This document shows, in pieces, positions 37,608 to 52,050 of a stretch of 64,000 bases of DNA (positions are counted from its first letter, which is position 1; every line of letters starts with the position of its first letter). The notes under the pieces are model-generated. The model saw nothing but the letters and a program-made list of their open reading frames with translations, made no database searches and was not told the DNA's origin. Source of the DNA: Eledone cirrhosa (lineage: Eukaryota); the NCBI GenBank assembly GCA_964016885.1, contig OZ024742.1, positions 240,312,001-240,376,000 of the forward strand, given 5' to 3'. Position numbers and translations under genes: made by a program.

Positions 37608-39908
37608 GTAAGCTTTGCTTTTTTTTTGTTTCTTTGTTCTTTTTTTATTCTCTCTCGCTCTCTCTCTTTCTCTCTCTCTCTCCAGTTTAAAAAAAAAACA
37701 ACCTTATACAAGGTTGTCAATAATTTCCTCTATGTTATTTTGTTTATATAAGAGTTCAAATCTTGCCACGGTCAACTTTGCCTTTTATTCCTTTGGGGGT
37801 CAATAAAATAAAGTCCCAGTAAAGTATTGAGGTTGATGTCATCGACTTATCCCCGTTCATCAAACTTGCAGGCTTTTTCTTCTTTGCTGGTAGGGTCATG
37901 GGGGCAGAGTCCTCAAGTATGCCTTCAAGTAGGTCCTGTCAGAAGCAACTATCTCCAATTGATCCAGTTGGATCCTCAAGTGAGACCAGCCAAGCTCATG
38001 GATGTTATCCGACCATCTTGCTTGGGGTCTACCTCTGTGTCTCCTACCAGTTGATTTTGCCCATAAAATCTGTCCAGCAATTTTTTCCTGAGAGATTCTT
38101 ACCACATGCCAGGAATACCAGAGCTGTGATCTCTCAATTCATCGAAGTAGTGGCTCTACCTGAAACAACTCCCTGATCTCCGAGCTATGTATTCTATCAA
38201 ATAACATTGCTCCAAAGACCCTTAAGAGGAACTCCATTTCAGCCACTTGTATTTGCAATTGTATTCTTTCAGTCATTACCTATTACTTTATACAAATGCC
38301 CTTGTTAAAAAATTGAAGGCTTAATGCCTAAATTAGAGACAATTATTATTGTCAATATTGGGATGTTGTATTGGCTGAATTATTAGAGTATTAGACAAAA
38401 TGTGTTGCAGTATCAGGTACAGCTTTTTATGCTGTATAATCATATCCAGCCACAGTCAACTTTATCTTTCTTCCTTTCAGGATTAATAAAATAAAGTACC
38501 AGTTATGCACTGGGTTTGTTTCATTTTTACAATCCCTAGAGCTAGTCATAACCAACAGTCATTTGGGATTCTTCCATCAACCTAATTTTTAAGCACCTAC
38601 CTTAAGATCCTTAGTTTCTAATAATCCCTTCTATGTTTTGTTGTTATTGACAGAATCATTAGAACATTAGATGAAATGATTTGTGTTATTTTTATGTTGT
38701 TTTGGCCCACCCCCACCCCACACTATCATCTCTTAGAAGGAGTGGGTATACCTGAATTGGCTACACACAGGTGTCAGCCAATTCAATGCATTCATGCCCC
38801 ACACAGGGCTATGTCCAGCAGCAGCAAGCCAGTGTGGCTCGCCAGAGCACACTGCAGAACATATACACTGAATGAATGCCCAGATCTATGCCCATCTGAA
38901 AGTTTGGACCTCGTCCACCCTAATCCCACTTCTGTGAGCTGGTTGCAGTGACTGAGAGACATACGGTAAAAGTTATGTTACAAATGTTATCTGAAAGGGA
39001 AAATAAAGGCCTCCTTTGGTCATGAATGGCCATGGGTTTTGCATCTATAATGTTCCCCTCCTTGACACAAGACTGGGCAAGGTGTTTCTGTGGAAGGCCA
39101 GCAGTCACCCATGCATAATAGTCTCCCTATTCCAGGCTATCAATGTTGTCCAAGGGAAAGGCAGTGGCTGATACAACTTGGCACTAGTGATGTTGCAACT
39201 TATTTTTCCAACTCAGTGAACTGGAACTACTTGAAATAAAGTGTCTTGCTCATGGACACAATATCCGGGAATCAAACTCACAACATCACGATTGTGAATC
39301 CAATGTTCTAACCACTAAGCACACACCTTTACAAATACAATCTTAATAATGAAATAATTAATAATTGTAGTAAATCCCTCCAATTTTTTTCCTTAATTAA
39401 TTAATTATTTCATTAGAAATATGGCCATAAAAGGGTTAATTAAACAAATTGAGAAGGCAGGTGGCTCAGTGGTTTGGATGTTAGGCTTACAATCATGTAG
39501 TCATGGGTTTGGTTTCTGGATTGCACGGTATGTTGTGTTGTTCTCAAATAAGACAACATTGTTTCACATTAGTTTTTAGGATAGGACTGGGGCCCCTATC
39601 ATTAAAACACCCAAGTTACCTCCTATGAGATGCAAGCTCGTAAAAGGCCAGCTAAACCTGAAAAGATGTGAACTGTAATTAAACAAATTATCTTAAATTT
39701 CAAAATAACAAAAACAAAATTGTAGCCTGACTGACTACTTTAGAAGAGTGTCAGTTAATATTTAATTACTGATAATATATAATTCCTGTGGAGGAGGATC
39801 CTTGGGCAATAATTTCTTCCATGAGGGCTTAGAGTGCAATAGTTGTATTTTCAATCCCTCTTTATGGATTACTGTTCTCTTTGAAGTGGTCTAGCTTAAA
39901 ACCATTTA

Positions 39909-41229
39909 AATAATAATAATAATAATGAAATTATTGTGTACAGTGCTCAGGTGCACTACAACTCATCAAAGGTGCATGTATAGTACATAGAATAATGTAC
40001 AAATGTCAGGAAAATAAACAGTGTATGAGTCATGATATAATAACAATAACGAAATATTGTGCACAGTGCCCAGGTGCACCACAACTCATCAAAAAAGTGC
40101 ATGTACAGTACATAGGGCAATGCACAAACATCAGTAAAATGAACAGTGCACGAGTCATGATACACACATGTGTGCATGTGTATGGAAGGGGTACATCAGG
40201 TGTAGTTTTGGCGTATTTTGGGAAGCATGAGTGTCTTAAACGATGCAGTGTCTCGGCAGCTAACAATTGACGCAGGCAGTTTGTTCCATGCTTCAGCAAC
40301 TCTGAGCGTGAAAAAATGTCTGCGAAAGTCATGGGAGCTGTGCTGTTTTCTTATCTTGTAGGCATGTCCACGTGTGTTAGACACATGGAGATCAAAGAGG
40401 CGCTCAGGGTTGCAGTTGGCGAGATGGTTAAAAACTTTGTGGGTATTCACCAAGTCCATTGCCAGACGTCGGAGCTTCAATGAATCCATGCCCAGGGAAG
40501 CAAGGCGTTCAGAGTATGGTAGGTGTCTGATGGAGGGTATGCGCTTGGTTGCACATCTCTGAACAGTTTCCAGGAGGTCAATGTTCCGAGCAAGATAGGG
40601 GTTCCAGACTGATGATGCGAATTCCAAGTGTGGTCGCACCATAGCTGTATACAGTTTTAAATAGATGGCTGGAGAGCGGCTAACAAAGGTCTTGCTGAGT
40701 GATGCCAAGACACCCTCGGCCTTCTTGACAATCTTAGAGACATGCTTTGTCCAACGCAAATCGTTGCTGACAGTAATGCCCAGGTCACGTTCACAAGAGG
40801 ACTTTTTGATGTCAGTGTTGTGGAGGGAGTATGTGGACGCTGGATTTTTCCTTCCAAAATGCATGGTGGTACACTTGTCCACAGCCAGCTTCAGTTGCCA
40901 GTCTGTGATCCATTGCTGCATTGTGTCCAGGTCTGATTGTAGGAAAGAGTTGTAAATTTCAGGATCAGTCCTTTTGATTTCAAGGTACAGCTTGATGTCA
41001 TCTGCATATTTTAGTACTGTGGCATTCTGTAAGTTGGCATCTATGTCATTAATATATGCCACAAACAAAAGAAGACCAAGAACAGATCCCTGTGGTACAC
41101 CAGATGACATCTCATAAGGTGAAGAATGCTGTCCTAGAACCGTGACTACTTCCTTTCGGCTGAGAATGAAGGATTTCAGCCAGTCGAAAAGATCATCCCT
41201 CACACCCATTGCAGAGAGTTTTGCCATAA
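39909..41229 (-). mobile_element. CR1-clade LINE, 5'-truncated, with an uninterrupted 343-aa RT C-terminal ORF (40196..41227) and (ATT)n tail
   Basis: SGVPQGSVLG.LLF..YINDI...KYADDIKLY RT motifs, LY..MVRPHLEFASSVWNP and TRGH..K...R.HFFT.RV...WN.LP. Confidence 0.93.
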
Positions 41230-43149
41230 GTCTTTGATACTATCCTGCCAAAAACTACCTTTGGTTCTATGAAACAAAACCACCCATTTCAAGAGGTTCT
41301 TATTTAACTTAAAACCTTCTGACATAGTAATATATAAGAACAATTTCATGAAATAATTGTTAATTTTAGAAATTCTTTATCAATGAATTCAAATACAATG
41401 GAATATGCTGTGAACGTTCATGGCTTAGTGGTTAGTGTTTGGCTCATGATCATAAGGTTGTGGGTTTGATTCCCAGCAGTGTCTTGTGTCCTTGAGGAAG
41501 ACACTTTATTTCACATTGCTTCACTTCATTCAGCTGGCAAAAATGAGTAGTGCCTATAATTCAAAAGGCTAGCTTTGTCACACAGTGTCATGTTGAATCT
41601 CTCTAAGAACTACATCAAGAGTAAACATGTCTGTGAAATACTCAATCACCTACATATTAATTTCATGAGCAGGCTGTTCTGTTGTTCAAATAGAATCTAA
41701 CATAGGTTCCATTCCGTCTTTATTTGTATGTTAATGTACATGTTTCTGCTTTCATGTAAATGTAAACTAAAATATTTACCAACATACCCAGTTATATTGG
41801 TAACTATTTTGGTCACTTGTTGCTGATGTTTGTTTTAATTCTTAACATCCTGTAATGATTTTAGTATAAAATATCTAAAATTGAGTTTGTTAATTCAAAT
41901 GTTTGTAGTATTACTGGACAGATTGTTATGAAAATTTGCAGCATTAAATTAAAGTCTTTAATTTTTAATGTGATGTTTTGTACTTTTCAAGAATGTTTTG
42001 CTTATGTAGTTTCATATGCTACAGGATGTTAAGAATTTACTCTTGAAGCTGTCTAAGATTAGTTTCAATCAAGAACAGAAGTATTGAAGCATAATAACAT
42101 GCACACATACACACACCTCTGTATAATTTGGTAATTGTTTTGTTAGCCCACAGTGTTGAGGACAAATTCTTCCATGAGGAAAACATTGAATTAACCAGTA
42201 TTTCATCCAGAGACAAGATTTATCTTTCAAACACTTAAAACTACCATAAGTGACAACATTTTCGTTTTTAATATTTTTTGCTTGAGTTAAAATTTATATC
42301 TTTAAGTCTGTATAAAGTAGAAAAAAATTTGAAGTCTAAAAAAAATTGCCTGAGTAATTAGATTTATATACATTAGCTATGGTTTTATTATGTCAACTAT
42401 TTTTTACAAACAGAAGTTATGCAATGATAGAAATATTAAAAAAAAGATAAAAACAAAATTAAGTAATGAAATAACAAGGAGGAAAGGGTAAAGAAGGGTA
42501 GATCTAGCTGTAGAGGAAAGGACTATAAATGCCATAAATGTGAAGAAAAGGAGGGAAAGAGCAAGGACTATTAGGCAGCAGGAGAAGGGGAAAGGGTGAC
42601 AGGCTCTGTGCCTAGGTCAGGGCAGTGTTTCAGCTCCACCCCATGGATGAAACTCCAAAGGCATTTCTGCAGACAATGGCCATTGACACCTGTTGCAACA
42701 GCCACCCTACCTTGCAGGGCTCCTTCTTCAGATGGGCTGCTGACATTCCAATTTTACGGAGGAGCTAAGTTGTAATTGCAATGCATGAAAAATATATGAA
42801 AAAATATCATTTGTTATTGTGAACGTGAAACTAAAAGAATACCATCAAATGCCCAGTGCCTTATGAATGAAATTTGAGACAGAAACTCTACTTTGTAAAA
42901 TGTTTAAACTTTTTCTTTTAAAAACTAATGAAAATTGATTTAGCCCTTTCGATCTTTCCATACCAGACTGCCTGAAACTAGTGCTGTTTCTAAGATATTT
43001 AAGCTATAGAATTTAAAGTGCTTCCATCATAATTTCATGTAAGAGCCTTAATAAAAAGAAAGAAGTTATATTACTAAATCCCTCCAAATTCTTATTTTCA
43101 AAATTATTTGAAAGTTGTAGGTGGTGCTTTTCAGTAGAAATATGGTAAT

Positions 43150-43211
43150 AAAAGGGTTTTTCTTTTATTTCTTCTTCCTTTTTGCACTTTCTTTTTCTTT
43201 TTCTTTTTCTT

Positions 43212-43243
<32 letters not shown>

Positions 43244-43410
43244 TTTTCTTTTTTTCTTTTTCTTCTTTTTCTTTTTTTTTTCTTCTTTTTTTCTTTTTCT
43301 TTTTTTCCATCCTTTTTTTTCTTTTTCTTTTTTTTCTTTTTCTTTTTTTTCTCTTTTTTTTCTTTTTTTTTCTTTTTTTCTCTTTTTTTTTCTTTTTTTT
43401 TCTTTTTCTT
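43150..43410. repeat. T/C-rich low-complexity tract, (TTTTTC)n-like
   Basis: Direct inspection. Confidence 0.9.
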
Positions 43411-43964
43411 CTAGAGTATTTTTTTTTTGTTATTGTCAACATTATTATTATTAGTATTATTAAACAGAATTGTTTAGAGCACCAGACAAAATGCTCTGCA
43501 GTATTCATTCCAGTTCTTTACATTCTGAGTTCAAATCCTGCTGAGGTTAACTTTTCCTTTCGTCTTCCTGGGGAAGTCAATATAATTGATTCCCCCCACC
43601 CTACCCCAAAATGTTTGGCCTTGTGCCTATGTTAGAAACCATTATTATCATTAGTTTTGTTTTCACTGCATGCTGTCACTGCATTACCAAAGCACGGCTC
43701 TAAGTGAAAATCGGTAGAGCATCGGACAACATGCTTCATGGCATAAAGTTATGGCCCTTTATATTCTGATTTAAAATCCCGCTGAGGTTAGCTTTGCCTT
43801 TCATCCTTGCGGGATCGATAAAATAAAGTACCAGTAACACACTGGGGTTGATTTAATCGACTTTACCTCCCTTCCCCAAAATTGATGGCCTTGTCCCTAA
43901 ATCAGCAACTATTATTATTGCTGTTGTTACTACCATTATTATTTTTATTTTATTGCTGTTATAG

Positions 43965-44073
43965 GAGTATCCTTTTTTCACCATGAAGACCTTTCCTCCT
44001 GCATTCATTGTTCACTTAGGAGGTGTTGTGTCAGCAAAATCTGTTAAATTGCTTGATAAAATCCATAATCCTG
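43965..44073 (+). CDS. C2CD5: C2CD5 exon, EYPFFTMKTFPPAFIVHLGGVVSAKSVKLLDKIHNP
   Basis: atag/gtaag boundaries. Very close to human EFPFFTLTAFPPGFLVHVGGVVSARSVKLLDRIHNP (recalled). Confidence 0.95.
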
Positions 44074-45290
44074 GTAAGTTTGAAAGATTTTTCTTTGTTT
44101 TTAATGTTATCATCATCTCAGACTAGTCTAAATTAATCAGGGAACCACATCTTGCTCATACATTCCATATTTGGTATGTTTTCTACAGCTGGATACTCTT
44201 CCTAACTCCAACCTCTTTACAGAGTATACCCACGTCATTTTATTGTGATAGAAATAATTTCGTTTTTGTGACAAAATAAACATGTATTCTGAGTTTTTTG
44301 TTGGTTTCAATCATGAGGCTATGCTGCAGCACCATCTTGAAAGTTTTTTTAGTTGCTCTTATTGCCCACATTACTTATACTTTTGTGTCAAGTATGGTAG
44401 TTAGCTGTACTACAGCAAACGATCCTACATATGTCCATGAAGAGACCATTGGGCCATTAAGGGCCTCTCTCGATTGGAAACTAGAACCAGAAGAGGGATG
44501 CAGCAATCGAGGGAGATCTATCAAGACCTGGTGGAAATCTGTAGAGGAAGACCTGGCAGATGTGAGCTTCACCTGGGAGCAGACCTTATGGGTTGTGACT
44601 GTGAGAAATAGGGAGCAAAAGGATCTAAAGAAGAATATTATTATTGTTGGCTGTCATATTCCAACCAAAAAATGGAAGTAAAACACATTATTTAGCCCTA
44701 GGCCAACCTTGATCCAGAAGGTTTATGATAATCAAAGATATCTCAGCTATGGCCTGTCCTTTTTATTTATCTGTACACATAGTATATCTAGGAGATGGTG
44801 AACTGACAGCCATTACAGTGTTTGATAGAAATCATTGTGGTATTCATTTTGGCTCTCTGCTCTGAATTCAAATCCTGCCAAAGACCATTGAGTCTTTCAT
44901 CCTTTTGGAGTCGATAAAGTACAAGTCTAGTACTGGGGTTGATTTTTCTTCTCTCTCTCTCTCATTATTATTATTAATCACTAAATTTACAGCTCTCACA
45001 TATGCAGGTCAAGCTGGCTTCATGCGAGGTTGTATTTCATAGATGGCTTCTTGGGTGTTTTAACAATTGGGGTCCCAGTCCTATCATGTTGTTACAGTTC
45101 ACACCTATAAGGTTGCATCTCATAGAAAATTTCTTGGGTATTTGAATGATAGGGGCCCCGGTTCTGACGCGAATTGATGCATCATACACAAGAACACAAC
45201 AACACCCCCACCTCCACCTGCATTGTAACAGCTTCCTAATCACACCAACTTTTCATCTTTGTATTTTTTTTCTCTATCCCTTCATTTCAG

Positions 45291-45405
45291 ATGAACCAGA
45301 GACTAGGGATGCTTGGTGGATTGAAATCCGCACAGAGATCCGGTCTCATTGCCGTTCAATGGGGTGTCATGCTGTGATAGGTTACAGTGAAATGTCTTCC
45401 ATATG
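45291..45405 (+). CDS. C2CD5: C2CD5 exon, DEPETRDAWWIEIRTEIRSHCRSMGCHAVIGYSEMSSI
   Basis: ttcag/gtgag boundaries. Carries the DEPETRDAWW...GCHAV.GYSE signature of C2CD5. Confidence 0.96.
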
Positions 45406-45624
45406 GTGAGCTTCTCTTAATCTGCACACCTCTTTATATATTTCACATGATATTTACATGATCTCTCTCTGATTCCTCAGCCCTATCCCTACACACATAC
45501 ACCTATTCACATATATATCAATTGTGTTTCTCAATAAGAAAGCTCCATGAATATTAGTTCAGAACATCAATTATACAAGTTTAAATGATATTTGATATAT
45601 AAAAGAATATTTGTTGATATTATT

Positions 45625-46074
45625 GGGGAGACTCAAGAAGACCTGGGATGAGGTGATAAAAGCCGACCTTACCCAATTACACCTCTCAAAGGCGATGACA
45701 CACAACCGTGACCTCTGGCGTCATGCATTAATACAGAAGACCCGACCCCCCCATGGGTTCAAGCCGAAGCTGAAGCATATAGACAATATGCCTCCACACC
45801 CTCCCACTGCAAACTGGTCGTGGAGGTGCCATGGCAAAAAAGAACCCAGCCCACACTGAAAAGAGGACGTGTAGGTGCCACGGTAAAAAAGCACCCAGTA
45901 CTCACTGTAAATGAGGTTGGTGTTAGGAAGGGCATCCAGCTGTAGAAATCAAGCCAGAATCAGTTTCCATATGAGCAAGGCATGGTCAGCCGACCGGACA
46001 CTGCCCGCAACAGGACAACCTGTCTAACCCATACTAGCATGGAAGAACGGACGTAAAACGGTAATGATGATGAT
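45625..46074 (+). mobile_element. RTE LINE 3' fragment of the same family as 16915-17957
   Basis: KTWDEVIKADLTQLHLSK, near-identical 3'UTR and (GAT)n tail. Confidence 0.9.
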
Positions 46075-46781
46075 TATCAATTGAGAAACTGCTAGTATTT
46101 TGTACATATATGCAGTATTAATTTGTATGTAGATATACTTACTTCAGTATTAAAAGACTGGGTCATGGCACTTGCCTCTAAAATTTCCCTAAAATGAACC
46201 CTGATCCAGCCACTCAATAACCACAATATAAGCTCTTGTTCAAATACATACTGTTTCCTCTCTCTGACTCTATTAACACTCCTTGGTTCTTTGAACTAGC
46301 TAATTGCATACATTGTCCACCTACACCCACCTAACCAAGAAAATACAGTAGATATATGACTATATTTCTCCAAATTCTTGATTATCTTCAAAATTAATTG
46401 AATATAATTAGCAACATCTTTCATTAGAAATATGGTAAATATGGTAACGAAAGCAGCATTAAATAAATAACCTTTTCATCGATTAACCCTTTAGCATTTA
46501 AACCAACCATATCTGGCCTGAATTCTCTCACCATTTTCTGTTCAAACCAGCCATAACCGGCTGCTCATACTTATGTTAAGGTATTATTCTCAAAATAAAT
46601 AATATCAAAATTTCGTAGATTCGATATTTTGTGAAAAGTGTTTCCTGTGAAAATATAATAATAAATATAGAGTAATGTAAATGCTAAAGGATTAATATTT
46701 ATTTGTTGATTTTTTTTTTAAGAAATATTTTTTTTTAAACATTTTTTTTTTAAATATATTTTTGGGGTTTGTTTATTTCAG

Positions 46782-46967
46782 TGATGAAGTAATTATTTTG
46801 TCAGCTATCGGTACTGCTGCTGTGATTAGCAGCAACATGGATGTACTACTCCCTGTTGTCACACAAAAAGAAACTGCTCCACTGTATCAGTCTTCTGATA
46901 AGGCTCCAGTGGAGAAAGAGAAGCTTTATGTTGATGTTAACTTGGCAAATCAGATGTCACAGAATAG
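46782..46967 (+). CDS. C2CD5: C2CD5 exon, CDEVIILSAIGTAAVISSNMD...NQMSQN
   Basis: ttcag/gtaag boundaries, phase 2-2. Matches human CEEVCILSASGTAAV. Confidence 0.93.
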
Positions 46968-48034
46968 GTAAGGCTTATATGCACTCACTCACATATACAT
47001 ACATAAACACACACACTCACACATACATACACATGCACTCACACACTGACACACTCTCACTCAGACACACACACACACATTCTCTTGCACACACGTTCTC
47101 ACATTTTCACACACATTCTCACACTCACTCACATACACACTCTCTTTCATACACACTCATACTCCTTCTACTCTCTCATTGCAAGATCTCATTTTTTTTT
47201 TTTTCAATGAGGAAAATGAACATAAAAATGATGATGTATCTTGTCATGCTGTACGAGGTGATTAAAAGGGTTGGCTTCAGCAAGGGTATCCAGCTGTAGA
47301 ATATTGCCTCAAAATGCTCTGTTGAATTCATGCAAAAGTGGATGTAAAAATGATGATGGTGGTGTTGATGTATCCTTCATGTTGTAAAGTGACTAAAAGT
47401 GTTAACTTAAGGAAGGGCATCTAACTGTAAAATATTGCCTTAAAATGGCCAACCTATATTATCATGGAAAAGTGGACAAGCTTGCTAAATAAAGGGTTGG
47501 GAAGACCCTCAGTTGTGTCAAAGACATGACATCTTCTCCTGTGCACTCAGTAGAGCATGAAACCGTATATAAGCGAAATGCAGATCCATGGCTTGTCTGG
47601 GAGATCAGTAGATCCGCTTCAGTAAAGATTTGGTCTATGTAGACATGACCACCAACCCTTGATAGCAGGAAAAGTGGACATTAAAACGATGATGAGGATG
47701 ATAATGATGACCTCAATAAAGTCATACATAACTATTAGCACTTTATAATAATTTAGCAGAAAATATCTAAAAATGGCTTTGTTAAGTCAGATGTTTATAA
47801 CATTTTTACTTATGAACATATTATTGTGAACATTTGTAATATTATAGGACAGATTTTCAATGAAAAACTTGTAGTAAACTAAAAGCTTTAAATTTTAATC
47901 TGATGTAGTCATAGTGCTGGTTTATCATTTTCATGAATATCTTGTTAATGTGGCTTCATGTAGTTAAAGAAATCCTTGTGATTTAGTAAGAACTCCTTAA
48001 ATGTTTCTTTGTTTGTTTGTTTGCTTATTTCCAG

Positions 48035-48139
48035 TATCGAAGATAGCTACACACCTGCAAATTGTGTACTTTGTCACATTCCATACAAAACTGCCACCAT
48101 GCCATTTAAGGTAACACTGGATACATGTACTGTATGTCA
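48035..48139 (+). CDS. C2CD5: C2CD5 exon, IEDSYTPANCVLCHIPYKTATMPFKVTLDTCTVC
   Basis: tccag/gtaag boundaries. CxxCHIPY...MPF...CxxC motif as in human CGFCHIPY...MPF...CYNC. Confidence 0.93.
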
Positions 48140-48204
48140 GTAAGTAATTATTTAAATATCTTTTTTTCAAATGGTTGTGATTATGTGTGTTTATATTATA
48201 CATA

Positions 48205-48712
48205 CTAGCAGTGGTTTTCTGCTAGCATGTGTAGTGTGTATATTGATATTATACGCAGGTATATATATCTATATACATGTAGATATGATACATCAAATAA
48301 AATCGTAATTGACAATATACACAGAAATTGAACGAAGACTGTGTTACACTGTGTTATGTAATCAGTAACGTAATCCATGATACATTAAAAAAAAGATATT
48401 ATATATAAATTGCATTAGGAGAAAATTAGTATGTTTATTTAAGCGATCGCCACCGGAAGTGTTGACATCACACACTCTCTCTTTCTATATATATGGTAGT
48501 TGAAGTGGTTGTGGTGCTGACGATATACCGGAAGTGCAACTTTGAAAAGAAGTCAATTTTAAATTATTTATTTTTACGAAATTATTTTTGTTTACAAAAT
48601 TGAGTAGATAAATTATGTAATATTCATTCATTATCCAAATTATTTTACAAACGGGATAAAAAAAAAATAAACCGTACGCAATCCCGCAGACCTTCCTTTA
48701 TTATAGTTTAGA
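48205..48712 (-). mobile_element. Probable decayed Helitron-type element
   Basis: ACTAGCAG at the left end and TTTATTATAGTTTAGAT at the right end; CpG-richer interior. Confidence 0.45.
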
Positions 48713-49927
48713 TCTTTTTTATGGGAATAGGGTTTATTTAACAAATCAAAGATAAAGCTATATTGTTTGTGGCAGATATCACTTCTTTGTAGGATTCAAC
48801 CACTTCAAATTTAAAAAATGGGAGTTAAAGACTTATGTTAATCCCCTATAAGAGCCCAGAATTTATTCCTTGAGCTCATTAAATTATAGGGGATTAACGT
48901 GAGTCTTTAACTTTGTTTTATAATTTGATATATTGGCTCCTAATTCATTTCTATATGTAAGTAGAGCCTCTCAAGTTGAATGGTTTTCAGCTGCTGTTTT
49001 TAGCAGTCTTTTGGTCCATTCTCACCACCATGGGCTATATAGCGCTCATGTTTTCTCTTTCCACCATGTGCGGATATTAGTTATCTGATATAATTTTAGA
49101 AGTGTAGATCATATTGTTGGCCCACCCATTGATAAGCCATCTACACTTTATTTGTGACAAAACATGCTATAGAGCATGTCCAGGTGTTATAGTTATAAAC
49201 GGATGGTTTGTACATTTTAATTGAAATGTATTCTCCATTCCAATCGTAGACAATATGGTTTTCACTCTGGTGGTATTCTATCCCCTATAATTGAACACAT
49301 ACCTCTTTGTGTATTTTTTTCTATATACTGTGATATATATATATATATATGGTGGCTGCCAACTCGTTTTCGAGTACGGCCACTACTTTATATCCATGTA
49401 GGAGAACTCCTACCGATGGGCTGAACGAGTGTGACTTTTTAGTCCAGCCAGCGACTTGAAAACTCTGGTACAAACACTACACGTGTGACAATTATTGACA
49501 CATAGTGCTGGGCCCATGGTACCATGTGACGACAAGTGCAGAGAGATCTCCAGATATAAAGCAATGCCTGTGCTGTGAAGCTTTTATAGTGAGCAAAGGC
49601 ACTGCACAAAGCCAGTCCCACTCTCTTAACCAAGATGATAATTACCAAAAAGAAGAACAAGTCAACATCATTGGATACCATCAGGGTTGCAGGTGTTATA
49701 TCAGAATTTTCCTTCTCCTAGAATTCTGCCTTGACAAAGGCTAAGGGGTCATCTCTCCCGGTGATTTTAGATGGCCATTGACTCTTAAGAGCTCCTTTGC
49801 CCTTTGACAGGTTTTGTTTTTAGTCCTGCAGGATGTCCAAAGCCACCCTCCTCACCAAGAAACCTTGGTGGGGTTGCCAGTTTAGTTGCGAACGACCCAA
49901 CCATGAGACAGGTTGTACTGGGATATG

Positions 49928-49965
<38 letters not shown>

Positions 49966-50017
49966 TCATCATCATCATCACCTTCGTTTAACGTCCATTT
50001 TCCACGCTAGCATGGGT

Positions 50018-50057
<40 letters not shown>

Positions 50058-51570
50058 CACATGAAAAGGCTCTCAATCCACACTGTAAATGTGGTTAGCG
50101 TTAGGGAGGGCATCCAACTGTAAAACACTTGCCAGAGACGCTTCCGTGCAAGCGAGGCATGGTCCACCGACCACTCCCGCATCAAGTGGAACAAAACCGT
50201 CTAACCCATGCTAACGTGGAAGTGGACGTTAAACGAAGATGATGATGATACACATATATATGTATGTGTATATATATATATATGAAAACAGGGAGAAAGA
50301 GACGATTATTAGGAAGAAAAATATATTTTTTTCCTTTTTTGTTTCTCTCTCTTTTTTTCTGGGTTAGAAAATGATTAAAACGAAATGTTTTACTTTGTGT
50401 GAAGTGTTAAGGTATTAGTTGATTTATTTATTATTTAACAATGGCATTTATTTATCTATTTATATATTTAATAATTGTCTATTACCGGTTTCAGCATTTT
50501 TATGCATTATCAAATGATAGTGAAATGTATTAGTGTGGTGTCACACATGTTAAAGAGAAGGTGCAGAAAGAATAATGTTATTTACAAACAAGGTTTATGA
50601 AGTGAAAAGAAAAAAAAAAAAAAAACGGGCATGATGTAGAGCATAAAAAGTCAATGTGGAAGAAAAAATAATGTTATTTACAGGCATAGTTCTTGAAGTT
50701 AAGCAGATCAAAATGTGTTAATATAGCAAGAGTGCTTAGTTATTCCATGATGGAGGCAAATATACACACACATAGATACATGCATACATGTGTCAGCCAT
50801 GCATGCACTATATGTAAATGAGCATACCCAGCAAGTGATCATCATACAAAATTCTATATAGACTATAGTCTATTTTATGTCAGTACATTTTGTGTGTCAC
50901 TGATGAAAGATTAACAAATTTGAAACAGCATTGTCTTCTCGGAACATACTGGCAACTCTATGATATATACACAGAGGAAAATAGTGAAAAATAAAATATT
51001 TTTTGTTTTGTTACGAAAACATTTTTCATTGGCAGCGAAGCTACCCATATGATTTTTTGTATATAAACATATTATATATGTTTATATATGCTTTCATATA
51101 CAACAAAGTTAAACAAAATTAAAATCAACAATGAGTAGAGTGAAGAATTCAGTATACTGGTGGGGGCTCGCCAGATTTCCGTCCTTAGCCCCCTCCTCTT
51201 CATTTTTGTCCTACAGGCTATAACAGAGGAATTTAAGAATGGTTGCCCGTAGGAACTCCTATACATTGATGACCTGACTCCCTTAGTTGATTCTATGACA
51301 GAATTAGAGAAGAAATTTCAGACATGGAAGCACGACTTAAAAGTCCTTAAAGTCAAACTGGCAAAGACCAAAATCTTAGTGAGCAGAAAAGAAAACAGGG
51401 CTCTGATCCCCTCCGGGAAATATAAAAGGATCTTTTAAGATTGAAAATTCGAATAAAACCCTGTTTTGTCTTTTTATTATTTGCATTGTTGAGCTTTCAA
51501 ATCTAATCTAAATATTAAAAAAAAAAAAAATTTCTCATTTATTAATTTATCTGACCTGTTTGTTTTCCAG

Positions 51571-51660
51571 TAAACATCCAGTTCCTGATGTGCTTTTTAC
51601 TACAATCAACCCCCCTGAAGAAATACAGACAATAGGAAAAGGAACTCTTATACAAGCTCG
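51571..51660 (+). CDS. C2CD5: C2CD5 exon, KHPVPDVLFTTINPPEEIQTIGKGTLIQAR
   Basis: ttccag/gtaag boundaries. VPDVLFTTI...IGKG.LIQAR is conserved. Confidence 0.95.
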
Positions 51661-51996
51661 GTAAGGCTGAAATAGTTATTTGTATTAATGTTTAACACTT
51701 TTGATACCAAACTGTCTCGGTGGGCACAGCATGGCTAAATGGTTAAGGAGTTTGCTTCGCAATGATTAAGTTCCAGGTTCAATCCCACTGCATAGCATCT
51801 TAGAGAAGTGTCATTTACCATAGCCACGGGTCGACCATGCCTTGCAAGTGAAATTGTGTCAACAGAGAAAGTTTAGAAGCCTGTAATTCAAAAGGTCAAC
51901 TTTGTTCCACTTTATCATGCTGAATGCTCAGTCACTTGGATATTAATTTCATGAGCAAGCTGTACTGTTGACCACAACTGGAAGTCATCATCGAAA

Positions 51997-52050
<54 letters not shown>

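Noticed and set aside
50895-50945. Hammerhead-like CTGATGA...GAAAC...GTC, and a degenerate minus-strand motif at 50480-50520
   Set aside because: The first has no stem I pairing and the second has a mutated core. At best they are decayed Penelope-like termini.
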